Made by a program: the position numbers and the translations under genes. A stretch of 64,000 nt of DNA from Camelus dromedarius (taxonomy: Eukaryota), in contig NC_087436.1 of the NCBI RefSeq assembly GCF_036321535.1, positions 17,608,001 to 17,672,000 of the forward strand. Direction: 5' to 3'. Positions 52,891-64,000 of this stretch are shown one piece after another (within the stretch, counting starts at the first letter, position 1; every line of letters begins with the position of its first letter). The notes under the pieces were generated by a model. That model was not told the origin of the DNA, searched no databases, and saw only the letters and a program-made list of their open reading frames with translations.

Positions 52891-55104
52891 AGCTCTGGGA
52901 AAGAGCTGGCTGAAACGGACAAGCAGCAGGACAAACAGCATCTAACGATGAGGTTGACTGTTCCTAGACTTGGCCCAGAGTGAGCGCACTAAAACTCAGT
53001 CCTGAAAGAGGTAACAGATTTTTTTTCCTTAAAATGAAGTTTGGTATAGGAGAACCGAAAATATGACTACTTATTAAAATGTTGTTTGCCAGTAAATCAA
53101 AATCTTTCTAAACATATTTGAATATTACTGAATGGGCGCCAGTTACCACTCCACCTTCCTTTACTTTACACAGAAGCAAACCTACCATGCTAGTCCAAAG
53201 AGGACACGCTATTTGAATAGGTTCCAAACTGCATGATTTTCTAAAATGGAAAGCTCTGTAACCCGGCGTGGGCTTTGATACGATAATTATCTGATACTTG
53301 ATAAGCATCCTTTAAAATTAACACCAGAAAGCTTTCAAGAAAGCCAGTACATACAAAGTCTTTATTTGAATGACCTAATGGGGAAGACGAATTAGATGGC
53401 CTCTGAGGTTTCTTTCACTCTAAGAGATGAAGAAATTGATTTAAGACTATCAGTTTTTATCCCCTTAACGTCAGGCAAATCATCTCCGGTACCCTGTCCT
53501 CTGCTTCCACATTCAAAGAGATTGCAAATATACATGATGCCATAGAAAGCAACTGTTGCACGAGATATTATTCAACAACATGTGAGGGAAGGGTGGGCCT
53601 TTGAGCATGCTCAGAAAGTCCCAGCCGTCTGAATCAGGACCTGTGGATGAATCGGATTGCCTACAGCTGTGTGCCCTTCGGCACGTCGCTGGGCCTTCCT
53701 GAACCATAATTTCCTTGCCTGTAAAATGAAGCTGCTAAAAGTATCTCCATTTACGGAGCTCCTGGGTACGAGGGTTTTCATGCATATCTTTATACAACTC
53801 TAGGAGATATTATCCCATTATACAGATGAGGAAATTGAAACTCCACGAAGTGAGGTAACTAACCAAGATCAAGCCCCTAAATGGTAGAACAAGAAGCCAA
53901 TTTTAATAACCTTGAAGTTCCTGGTGCTTAGGGCCCCTGTCTTCCTCACCCTTGTGTCCCTTGGCATGTAATGGGAGTTCAGCAAACATTTCTTAGGTCA
54001 ATGAATCCACATGGCTCTGAAACCGTGTTGTTGTTTTTTTATCTTATGCATCAAAAAGTGGACACTGGTATTAATATCCCAAAATAAATGTTATGACCCA
54101 AGATTTGAAATATTTGCAAAGCTCAGAATTTTATTTCTAGGGATCTGAGAGGAGGGACTGCAGAGTCATCAGGTGGCAGTTTGCTTTGGTAATCAGAGAA
54201 CAGGAGGGGGCGAGAGCCTAGGTATTCTGCCCACCTACTGAGTTTTGTGATTTTTAAGGCCAGTTAGATAATCTCAATTTCCTCATCTGTGAGAGTTGAT
54301 ATGAATCCAGTGATCCCTGTTTCTGATTCAAATGCAGACTTCTAGTGTACACACTTTTTAAGTAAAAAGGCAATCCATCACCCCAATTTTAATGTCATCC
54401 AACATTCACTCCCCTAGGGGGAAATCCAACTGTCTAATTTGCACAGGAGCATCTGTAAATGGGGCTGACTATCAAATATTTGCAGGTCATATTTATCCGA
54501 GGATCTGCAGTCCTTCTCCACTCATCTTTAGTCTGTATGTAGTCTCTTTTTTTGATGACAGGGTGGGGCAAATCAAATACTATATTCAGAGCGAGCAAAA
54601 TGCTTCCATTTCATGCAACATTCCTTGAGTTTTCTCTCACCAAGATCAGCCCACAAGGCCCTTAGAGAACTACAGAAAACTCTATGCAAAAAAAAAGCTT
54701 CATTAGCTAGGCAGCATGTTCAGGAAATGAGAAAGGAGAGTGAGTCAAAAATTATTCGAGATTTAGAATGTTACTCTCAACAATTATGGTCATGAGGTAG
54801 CTACACAATTATTCTTAGCCCAGTCAGATCAATAGAAATAAGAATCTGGAGATGCACCCAGATTCTCACTGAGGAGAGGGAGTTGTAGACCAGGCTTAGG
54901 TCAGGGCTAACTCCTTTGCAATCTGACTTCATGAGGGCCAGTTACTTCTCTATCATCTGCTCCAATGGTACGTTCTTCTTCATTCCACTTCTCCCACTCT
55001 TTCAGTTAATCTTCATTGTGTTCTTATTATGTGACTGAGGGAAGAGAAAAGGGGACTTAACCTTTAGAGCGGGAAGAGACACAAACAGAAACTCAAGTGC
55101 CATA

Positions 55105-55350
55105 AACTAATAGTGGTACGAAAAACTCAGACTTTGGGTGTAAACAGACCTGGGTTTTAATCTCAGCTCTGCTGACCACGTAAACCCATCTTCCTGAGTT
55201 TAGTTTCCTCATCTGCAATCTCAACCAACCAATAAATGATGATGATGATGATATTTACTTCATAAACCTCCTATAATTACTTAAATAGATAGTATGTGTA
55301 AAGAAGGTCATGGCGCTGATTATATAGCTGATCCTCAAAAAAATAATAGC
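55105..55350 (+). mobile_element. MIR SINE
   Basis: 'agactttgg...aacagacctgggttttaatctcagctctgc...agtttcctcatctgcaa...tatgtgtaaag'. Confidence 0.8.
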
Positions 55351-56639
55351 TGTGCAGGGAATGCAGAGGTGAGGGAATAACTAATCCTAACTAGGGTTAG
55401 GTGCTTAACAAGCTCTCCTACCCTTGATCCCCAAGAGCACTACTCCTTTCTTCTTAAAACTCACTTGCTTTTGCTGGTTTTACCGGAGCCCAATTCACGG
55501 TGTCTCTCTCCATCTTGCTACAAAGCCCTCCGGTCCTCTGCAGACTCCTTTCTCTCTCTCCCTTCCCAAGTTCTTGTCCTTGAGTCCTGACTCTCCAGTC
55601 TCGACCATATTCCCTCTCATGGGTCAGCTGCCACATCTGTGTTCTGACACCCTCCTCCCCACCTTCAGGGCTGAGCAGCCCTCCAAACTGGAAGGGCAGA
55701 GCCCATACCAAACAGCCAGACCCAGCAGGGTTATGACAGGCTCCAGAGAACACGGAGCTGGGGATCAAAGGAGAATGTCTGTGCTCATCGCAAGCACAGG
55801 TCCTCTTTGCAAAGCTCTACCTCTCATGTCAGCCTCCCCGGGCTGGGGAAACACTGCTGTGGACATTTCTGAAAGCACTGCTTTTATTAGTTTTCTTTCT
55901 CACTTCAAGGTCTCCCTCTTACCTTGTGCTTCCAGTACAAGTTTCTCTGCAAGGACCCCCTCTGTGTACTAAGCCACACATTAACCACCTCTCCCCCAAG
56001 CTACTCTCATCAAGCCATCTCCTTGCTTGCAAATTTGCTAGCCTGTTTATTTCAAAGTAATAAGAGACATAAAAGTGCCTAGCACTTGGCCAGCCACATA
56101 GACTGTTCAGTAACAACTTATATTTTTAGAGACCGCAAGGAACAGTTTTGTGGGATGCATGATCATGGGTACGCACGTGGGCCTGTTTTTGCAATTTCCA
56201 TGTGGTGATGCCACACGCTTTATGTGTCCTTCCCACGGAGGCCCCCAGAGATGGAGCCCTCTTTGCTTTCCCCTTTACAGGGAAGACTTCTCACTTGTCT
56301 CCCCACAGTCCCCAGCATTTCTAGACATAGGGTAGAACCATAAGAGCCAGAGGGGAAAACCCCTGTAGCTATATTGTGGGTCAGGATGCAGGGTATTTAT
56401 ACAGATTTATATAAGGCCTTAGTGGAAACTTGTGAGACGAACAAGAAATGTTCTAAATGGCAACTTGCTTCTTTCTGTAGAACAGAGAGAATATGTTTTT
56501 TTATTTTTATTGCTCAGTTACATCTGGGTCTTTTTTGTTGGAAGGACAGTGAGATTTATGCTTCCCTAAGAGTTCTGTCTTCTCAAACTGCACATCTGAA
56601 GACTTAATGGACATTCACAGAGAGGGAAAACTCATGCTT

Positions 56640-57175
56640 TCCCTCACTCAACACATGTATTGAGATCATGCTATGTCCACAGCCCTGTGCTAGATGCTTT
56701 ATGAGGAAAAGCCCTCAGGAAATTTCTGATCTATTAGAGAAATCTAGACAAGTATGCAAATGATGTAAACAATCACATTCTGATATAATATAAAAAGAAA
56801 AGTATATAGTGCTGCAAAGATTGTGGCAATCGGGAGATGGCATGTGTTTAGAGAGAATCCAAGGTCTTTGTGGATATATTGTGATTTGAACTAGAGCAGC
56901 AGGTAAGTGTTTTGACAGGTAGAGATCAGGAGGGGGTTTTATAGACAGAAGAGCCTGAGCGGAGAAGGACATGGGGATCTTGGAGGGAGGACAGTGACTA
57001 GCCGAGACTGATGCGTGTATACATTATGTTTGCAGAAGTAAAATATGACAGAGTCGAAGAGGAAGGCAAAGGTCAGGACATTAATGGCCTTAATTTCCAA
57101 GCTAAGGCATTTGGTTTTAGTTTAAAGGGAAATGCAAATCCACTGAAGGATATTTGAATGGTCATGATCTGTGTG
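56640..57175 (-). mobile_element. LINE-2 fragment
   Basis: 'cactcaacacatgtattgag...ctatgtcc...ccctgtgctagatgct', 'ccaagctaaggcatttggtttta...ccactgaagg'. Confidence 0.7.
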
Positions 57176-57424
57176 CTTTATGAAGCTGAACTCCCCGAAT
57201 GATCTTAAAGGCTTTGCCTATGAATTGGTTAAGGTCCTCGCTATTTTTGGCTGGAGTTATTGGCATAGTAGCCAGTCTTCCATACAAAACTAATCACTGG
57301 GGCAGGGAGGTACTCATGAGTAGGTATATGATTATTGTGTGATGTCTCTATTGTTTGACCTACCAGATTCTGTTCTGATCATGTCATTACTTAATTTGAC
57401 TTCTTGTTATATGGTAATAAAATA

Positions 57425-57543
57425 TTACAATACTGTTGAGGATAGAGACCATACCTTACTGGACTGTGTATCCTTGTTGATTAGCACAATGTTGACACTT
57501 AATAGGTTCATCATGACTTTTATTTGTGGAGTGAATGAATGAA
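57425..57543 (+). mobile_element. LINE-2 3' tail
   Basis: 'ttgaggatagagacca...tgtgtatcc...tagcacaat...tatttgtggagtgaatgaatgaa'. Confidence 0.65.
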
Positions 57544-58129
57544 AGCATGCAGGCAGGAATGCCACTCAGTGGATTTGGAGTGACCCAAGGGAGACGCTGA
57601 GGCCTGAGCTGAGGTGGCAGCATTGGGAATGAATATAAAAGACATTGCAAAAAAATGTTAAGTTCTAGAACATTTTCCAAAGTGACAATGAGAAAGCATA
57701 ATCTTGTTCCTCCTTTGTGAGTTAGTCTGCCATGGTAAGTGGTTTAGGCTGACTGGTCTACACATCCAACAAACCAAGCATGGATCTGGATAGTGCTCAT
57801 AGAAAATACAGGAAATACTTTTTGTTCTCCTTTGTTTGATGCTCATGTGCACACTGCAGCACACAAGCATATGTGTGCATGCACACACACACACACCCGA
57901 TCCTTGATTTCTGGTTTACTACCAATTAAGAAATAAAATACAAGAATAACAGTGACCAAAAAAAAAAAAGCAATGGGAACCCAAAAAAGCAAATACTTAC
58001 AAGTTTTCAAAACAGCTAAGTCATTAAGAAATATTAATGGTTAATAAAAGCATCTTACCAATAATCGTGAAATAGCCACTAATCTTACACCAGAAAAGAA
58101 AAAGATTGGGTTATCCTCAAAAGCAGAAA

Positions 58130-58984
58130 AAATGCTACTAAAATTGTTAAAATCCAAAACACTGAAATACTGGCGAGGATGTGGAACAAGAATGCTCACT
58201 CATTGCTAGTGGGAATGCCAAATGGCATAGCCACTTTGAAAGATAGTCTGACAGTTTCTCACAAGATGAAACACACTTTTACAATATTATCCAGCAATCG
58301 GATACCCAAGTGAGTCGAAAACGTATGTCCACACAAAAGCCTGCACGCAAATGTTTATAGCAGCTTTATTCATTCATAAGTGCCAAAACTTGAAAGCAAC
58401 CAAGATATCCTTCAATATGCAAATGGACAAACAAGCTGTGGTATATCCACATAATGGAATAGTATTCAGCAATTTTTTTTTTAGCTATCAAGCCACAAAA
58501 AAATTATGGAGGAAACTTAAATACATATTACTAGGTAAAAGAAGGCAATCTGAAAAGGCTGTTCAACTCCAACTGTATGGCATTCTGAAAAGGCAAGCTA
58601 TAAAGATGGTAAAACACCAGAAGCTGCCAGGAGCAAGGAGGATGGGGGAAGGAATGGATAAATTGGTGGAGCACAGAGGATTTTTAAAGCACTGAAACTC
58701 CTCTATGATACTATATTGGTGGGCACACGTCATTATGTATTTATCAAAACACATAGAATGTATAATACAACGAGTGAACCCTAATGTAAACTATGGACTT
58801 TAGTTAATAATAATGCATCACTATTTGTTCATCCGTCTCATCAAATGCCCCACATTAATGCAAAATGTTAATAATAAAGGGATGTGGAGGTGGGAGGGGA
58901 TGTGTAAGGAATTCTGTACTTTCTACTTAGTTTTTCTGTAAACCTATAACTGCTGTAAAAAATTAAGTCCATCGATACAAAAAA
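58130..58984 (+). mobile_element. L1MC1/MC2-like L1 3' end
   Basis: 'ctggcgaggatgtggaacaa', 'aaaacgtatgtccacacaaaa', 'gtgaaccctaatgtaaactatggactttagttaataataatg', 'ttttctgtaaaccta'. Confidence 0.88.
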
Positions 58985-59099
58985 TACATAGTACAGAATT
59001 TCTATGTATCACGTACATGTTTCTATACATAGTACAGAATTAGTTCTACACTAACATATCACACTTTGTCCAAACACTATCTTAATCTGATAGCAATCT

Positions 59100-59590
59100 A
59101 TCAATCTTTATCAATCTTGGTCCAAACAGGAAAACAGAAACCACTATTAAGTATTTAAACCAGAAAGAATTTACTACCGAGGACTGGTTACATAGGTGAG
59201 GGGGGAGATGAGAAATCAGAGGGGGTTCAGACAGGGAGGTCAACTTGGTGATGTGCAATAGCAGGAAACAACTCCTAGCCCTAAATGGAAAAGACCAAGG
59301 GAGGGAGACATTAGGACAGCCAGGGGCTGGGGCAGAGAGGAAATGGGAACCACAATGGCCCACGGGAGTGGAGGGCTGCAGAGAAGGCACTGATACCAAC
59401 AAAAATGGTACCTGAGGAAGCAAAGGAGAAAGTGAGACCCGTGCATCTCCTTTCCACCCAACCTAGTCTCTTGTGGGTACCATTATTAGCTAACCCGATC
59501 AGCCATAGAAGGCAGGCAATGGGACAACAGGGATCAGAGCAAGAGAGGGGAGAGTCAAGGATTGGGGAAGTAAAGACCGAGACCAGCACA
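59100..59590 (-). mobile_element. LTR40/LTR41-like ERVL solo LTR
   Basis: 'ggtccaaacaggaaaacagaaaccact...tatttaaac...gaatttac' at one end and 'cagagcaagagagggg...ccagcaca' at the other. Confidence 0.55.
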
Positions 59591-60539
59591 CCATCAGAAA
59601 AGGATAATAATAATAATAGAACAAGGATGCTGGTGAAGTGACTTAATCTGGTTTTTGAAATACTTTAACCTTGGAAGTGCGTTAAAAAAAAAAAAGACAT
59701 AGAGTAGATATTATAACCAAAATTCTGAAAGTAGCATTAGTCATTTACCATAAATACCATCCCTTCGGCCCAGTCCCCATGCCTCTTCGCGTATCTGCTA
59801 TCTGCTCCTTGTCAACCTCCAGCTCTAGGAAGGGTGAGCCGATTACACGACACCTGAGCTAATCGGATTCTCTCTTCTTGGAACTGGCAGCCAGAGGCAC
59901 TAGCCAAAGACATTACATCCATACTGACAAGAAGAGGGGGAAAGAGGGAAAATCTGACTCTCCAGCTCCCAGTGAAAGATCACGAGACAACCCCTTTATT
60001 CATGCTGGCTTGAGTGAGCTTGTTTTTGCTAACATTATCCCTAAGCTAGTTCGCTGTAAAAAACAGTATTTCAAAATTTCAGATGGAAGCTTTTCCTGTA
60101 TGATTCCTGGGGTAACAGGTGTGAGATACATGTATGGGACATTTTATCATGATTTAGTATTGATAAGGTCCCAAGAACTCCATAGAGGGCTCACGGCATG
60201 GATCCGTACTGGATTCAGAATAAAGGAGCAATCAAAACAATGAGCTCAGAAGAACACAATGAGGTAAGAGTTAAGGTTACCAGCTGTCCCACAACCGAAG
60301 GAAAACATTCCCTAAGCCAGTTGTAAGAGAAAACACAGGTGCAAGGAAGATGTCCAGGCTGTAGGCGGAAATGTAGAAGATATTCAAAGGCAAATTTAAA
60401 GCAATATATATCTACTGAAAGCCCTACATCAGCCTTTTGTCCAATACACCAGGGCTACCCGGGGGCTATTGATTTATAATAAGTTCTTTCAACTGCAGCT
60501 TTTAATTCTCCATTATTTTTTTTTTTTCTATTTTACTTC

Positions 60540-61240
60540 CCTGGAAATGTCTTTCCCCTTCGTCTGCAGAGTTGAGATAGAATGGCTGAGCCCTCCGCGG
60601 CCATCACGTGGTGTCAGCAGGGAGCTGTTCAGAAACACATGTTGGTATTTGCGTAAAGCCGTGTGGGCTGAGGAACGTCAGGCGTGTCGACTTAATCCCT
60701 GAAAGGGCTTTGATTTAATTCTCTTTGGGGCTCAAATATGACCCAACTAATTTGTTTACTTTTATTTAACATTAAATTCTCCGTAGCTATAAAACACTAA
60801 GAAAGCGTATACTTTGTAAAGATCAAATCGAAAGGAAATTGTCGTTGGAAAGAGAAATTGGTCATGATGATGTGATGAAAGTTCGTATTTCTCTCGCAGC
60901 AAGTGGTGCACTATATACATTGCAGCAAGATATGTTGCATTTTGCTTCTGAAGCGCCCACATTTAAAATGTCCATCATCCAAATTCTGTTTCGGGACTAA
61001 AGAGCCTGGTTCGGGACTAAAAGGCTTAGCGTGTTTTCCAGTTGTAGGATAATCAATAGTGACTCCGTTAAACCAGGAAATTCTAAAGAATCATCCAACA
61101 TAGCAGTTGCTGCAAAAATAAAGTTTAACACGACTGTAAAACAACAGCCTCACCCTCTTCCTGACTGCCCCGACATCTGAGGTAAACTTACCTCCTCTAG
61201 AATGCTGTTTACAAAGGCTTATGCTTAGGATGACGGACCT
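60540..61240. promoter_or_regulatory. Candidate enhancer (non-repetitive, CpG-retaining, motif cluster)
   Basis: About 23 CpG in 700 bp by hand count. Motifs: CACGTG 60605, TTGCGTAA 60649, TAATCC 60693, CTTTGAT 60708, TGTTTAC 60753 and 61206. Function is inferred only. Confidence 0.35.
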
Positions 61241-61959
61241 AGAGATCATCTGGTTGCTCCTTTTATGGATGAAGGAATAAATTTCCATAGACTTTGAAAG
61301 GAACAAGTGTTTTGAGTATCAAACTGAACATAATATATCCTAGAGCTGAACTTCTTCAAATATGCACGTCTGTTTTCATCCAAAAAAGGGAATGTTCTTT
61401 ATATGCTGTGAACATTTGCCATAGACCCTCCATCTCTTTTCAAATTGAAGATCAGTTTGGAATGAGCATTCATTTAATAGAGAAGATCTCCTTTTAATCC
61501 CCCTGGATTACACAGACATTCCTAAAAGAACACTTGTAAAATTAAGTACTGTTCTTTTAAGAACTATATTGCTTTAATCAATCAAAGTACACATTTACTG
61601 CTTTTTTTTCCTGTTGTTAACAGGAAAAAAAAAAAGAGTTGTTTTTTTCTAGAAGATTTTCATATAGAAGTTTTGGAGTTAAAGATTCTCTCTTACCCTA
61701 TCTGGATCACATTTTTACATGAAGCTATTTTTAGTAAACTGTAGTATTCTATGTAGTCTGTCAGGTATTTAAATCATCTTTCAACAGATGCCATTTCAAA
61801 ATCATAGTTTTGTATACATTATCTCATCTGATTCTCACCAAAAAAAAGCCTTTGAAGTAGGATACTATTTTAATCTTTATATTTGCAGATGAGCAGAGTG
61901 AAATTTCACAAAGCTAAAGTAACAGACCGAGAGACCCTCAGAAATGATTGCATCATCAA

Positions 61960-62270
61960 GGCCCACGTCAGGATCCCTTGGTTGGGGAGGGACATGTAAA
62001 ATTCAGGCACCTAGGCATTGCCCCCAACAGTTCTGAAGCAGAATCTTTGGGAGCAGAGCCCAGAAACCACTGAGATAATCTGATCATATCTGAGTCCTAG
62101 GGCTCTGCAGGGGTAGTTCCAGGAGTGCTGTAGGAGTGACGAGAAAGCTTCATGAGGATTCCCCATTCCACTTTAAAATCTTGATGTATTAGGTTTCTAT
62201 TTACAATTTCATTTGAAGGAAAAATGGGATGGATGTTCCACTGTCTTCAAAAAAAAAGAAAAAGGCACCT
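61960..62270. mobile_element. hAT-Charlie MITE remnants (MER5B-like, then MER103-like)
   Basis: 'aaaattcaggcacctaggc...ttctgaagcagaatctttgggagcagagcccag' and 'atttcatttgaagga...gttccactg...aaaaaaaa'. Confidence 0.45.
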
Positions 62271-63233
62271 GCAGTTTTCAGATGAAGAACCCAGTCCCAT
62301 AAAGGCCCAAGGTCAACCAGCTCATGAGGACAAATCCAAGTTCTGATGCTTGTTCCAGGGTTTTTTCCATTACATCACAGTGAATCTTCCTGCTGTTGAG
62401 ATATGCTCTGGCCAGAGCCTTGGCTGATGCAGAAGATTTACAAATACCAGATGCGTTTACATAAATACAAAATTAGCACTTCAATGGAGCTTTTTCAAAC
62501 CGGAGTATTATGGTTTTCACATGAACCACTCGGTTAATCAGGCAGGCTGCAGGAACTTGAAAGCAGGTAGAGAAGGACTTGGTGGTCTGGATCCCTGACC
62601 TCCACCTCCATCCATGGAAGCCCTGCTCTGGAAGGAGCTGGACCTCTTGCTGTATCTTTCCACTTGTCCTATTTCTCCAGCACTTCTGGGCTTTTGAAGG
62701 CCCAGAGTGGTGGGGGCAGCCCTCTCATTTTCAAAATTTTTCTTCATTCATTTTCTACAGCCTGTTTGGAAAAGCATGGTCCATGAATTGCAGTGAAAGG
62801 CCATAACTGCACCAGGGATAAGCTCAGCATTCAGGCTGCCTCTTCCAGGGATTCAAATCTAGGCAACTGAAAATTGTTAGCTAAGAGAAGGAAGTCCCAA
62901 GGAAAAGTCTGCTAAAAACAGTGGAGGAACCCCTGATCTCAAAGCTCATCTGATAAGACTCACCAAATATTTCTACCTTTGTGTACATGCATTAATCAAA
63001 GTAAACAAACATGTGACAATTTGAGTTCCTTGTTTCTCTTAAAAAAAAAAAGTATTCTCTACCCAACCCACTCACCCTAGTGAAATTGTAAATAGAAACT
63101 CCTTAGATGTAGTGATGTGTAGCAACTGTATATGCTGAGATTTATGCAATGTGTCATATATAAACATACTGTAATAATATCCAGGTAAGAGATTCATAAT
63201 AAATACCTCTGGAAACTATTTTAGACAGTAGTA

Positions 63234-63318
63234 CTATATATATATATATATAATATATATACATATTATATATATTATATATATACTCACATACACACAC
63301 ACACATACATACACACAC
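63234..63318. repeat. (TA)n/(CA)n compound microsatellite
   Basis: Read directly from the sequence. Confidence 0.92.
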
Positions 63319-63767
63319 TATTACTTTTGACATCTTGGAATAATCAGGTGAGGTTCCCAATAACTATAATTTATGATAACTAGATGGACATGGTAATGTA
63401 TAGGTATCCACTTGTCATTCCTGGTTAAATATGTGTATATGTTCATGTTTGTTCTAGAGACATAAGGAACTCTGCAACCACAGCTGGTACATGAGTTCAC
63501 TGCGCCTACCTGAAACCAGGTGCATCAAGGTGGACACCTATGGGACCTGTGGGTGGATGGTTTCTGTTCCCCAAACAAAAAGTGGAGAGGAATAGTCATG
63601 ATGTATTGGGAAGCCAGAGACTGGTGACCTTGTATACATCGAGGTAAAGAGGGAGCAAAAAATTTAAATAAACAAAAGAATCTGCTAGAAGGAAGAAAAG
63701 GGCCAAAACAGACACTTAGAGAGAAGCTAAAACTCCATGAATGAGATAAAAACTGAACAAACAAAAA

Positions 63768-64000
63768 CATGTGGTAAGTCTATTTTCAGTCTTTTGAGGA
63801 ATCTCCATACTGTTTTCCATAATGGCTGCACCAAACTGCATTCCCACCAGCAGAGAAGAAGGGTTCCCTTTTCTCCACACCCTCTCCAGCATTTATTGTT
63901 CATGGACTTTTGAATGATGGCCATTCTGACTGATGTGAGGTGATACCTCATGGTAGTTTTGATTTGCATTTCTCTGATAATCAGCATACTGAGCATTTTT
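63768..64000 (-). mobile_element. Young L1 ORF2 C-terminal fragment running off the window
   Basis: ORF 63727..63996(-) reads '[70 protein letters not shown]', the cysteine-rich end of L1 ORF2p. It is highly similar to the L1 at 23630-23860. Confidence 0.96.

Noticed and set aside
55424..55972. 182-aa ORF (also the 160-aa ORF at 47633-48115)
   Set aside because: No recognisable domain and low-complexity composition. The 47.6-kb ORF runs into L2/MIR sequence. ORFs of this length arise by chance in GC-richer stretches.
12465..59590. Inferring host-gene strand from repeat orientation
   Set aside because: Six of seven LTR elements are on the minus strand while most young L1s are on the plus strand. 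The signals conflict and the counts are too small.
60582..60656. Short ORF starting MAEPSAA, reminiscent of the RTN3 N-terminus
   Set aside because: Similarity stops after 7 residues and the frame closes after 24 codons, so it is coincidence.
1..64000. CRISPR arrays, operons, prokaryotic or phage systems, rRNA, intact retroviral or transposase ORFs
   Set aside because: The sequence is mammalian repeat-rich DNA with no regularly spaced repeat-spacer array, rRNA-like sequence or long intact ORF.

Overview
This is mammalian, almost certainly camelid (camel/llama/alpaca), non-coding genomic DNA. The main taxonomic evidence is two tRNA-Ala-derived SINEs of the camelid vic-1 type and several artiodactyl-type L1 3' ends. 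The window reads as an intron or intergenic region built largely of transposon relics: young 5'-truncated L1s with visible target-site duplications (TSDs), ancient L1M fragments, L2, MIR, MaLR/ERVL/ERV1 LTRs, a deleted ERVL provirus, hAT-Charlie MITEs and microsatellites. I could not identify any host protein-coding gene. The only recognisable ORF-track peptides are L1 ORF1/ORF2 remnants, and the rest look like chance ORFs. I found no convincing new biological system. The best leads are modest: an unusually long (~40-47 bp) duplication flanking one L1, two duplications enclosing inverted templated fillers, a CpG- and motif-rich candidate enhancer near 60.5-61.2 kb, an AG|GTAAG recursive-splice-like site, and two exon-like splice signals. 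Repeat family names come from my memory of consensus sequences, not from a database search, and boundaries of old repeats are approximate.
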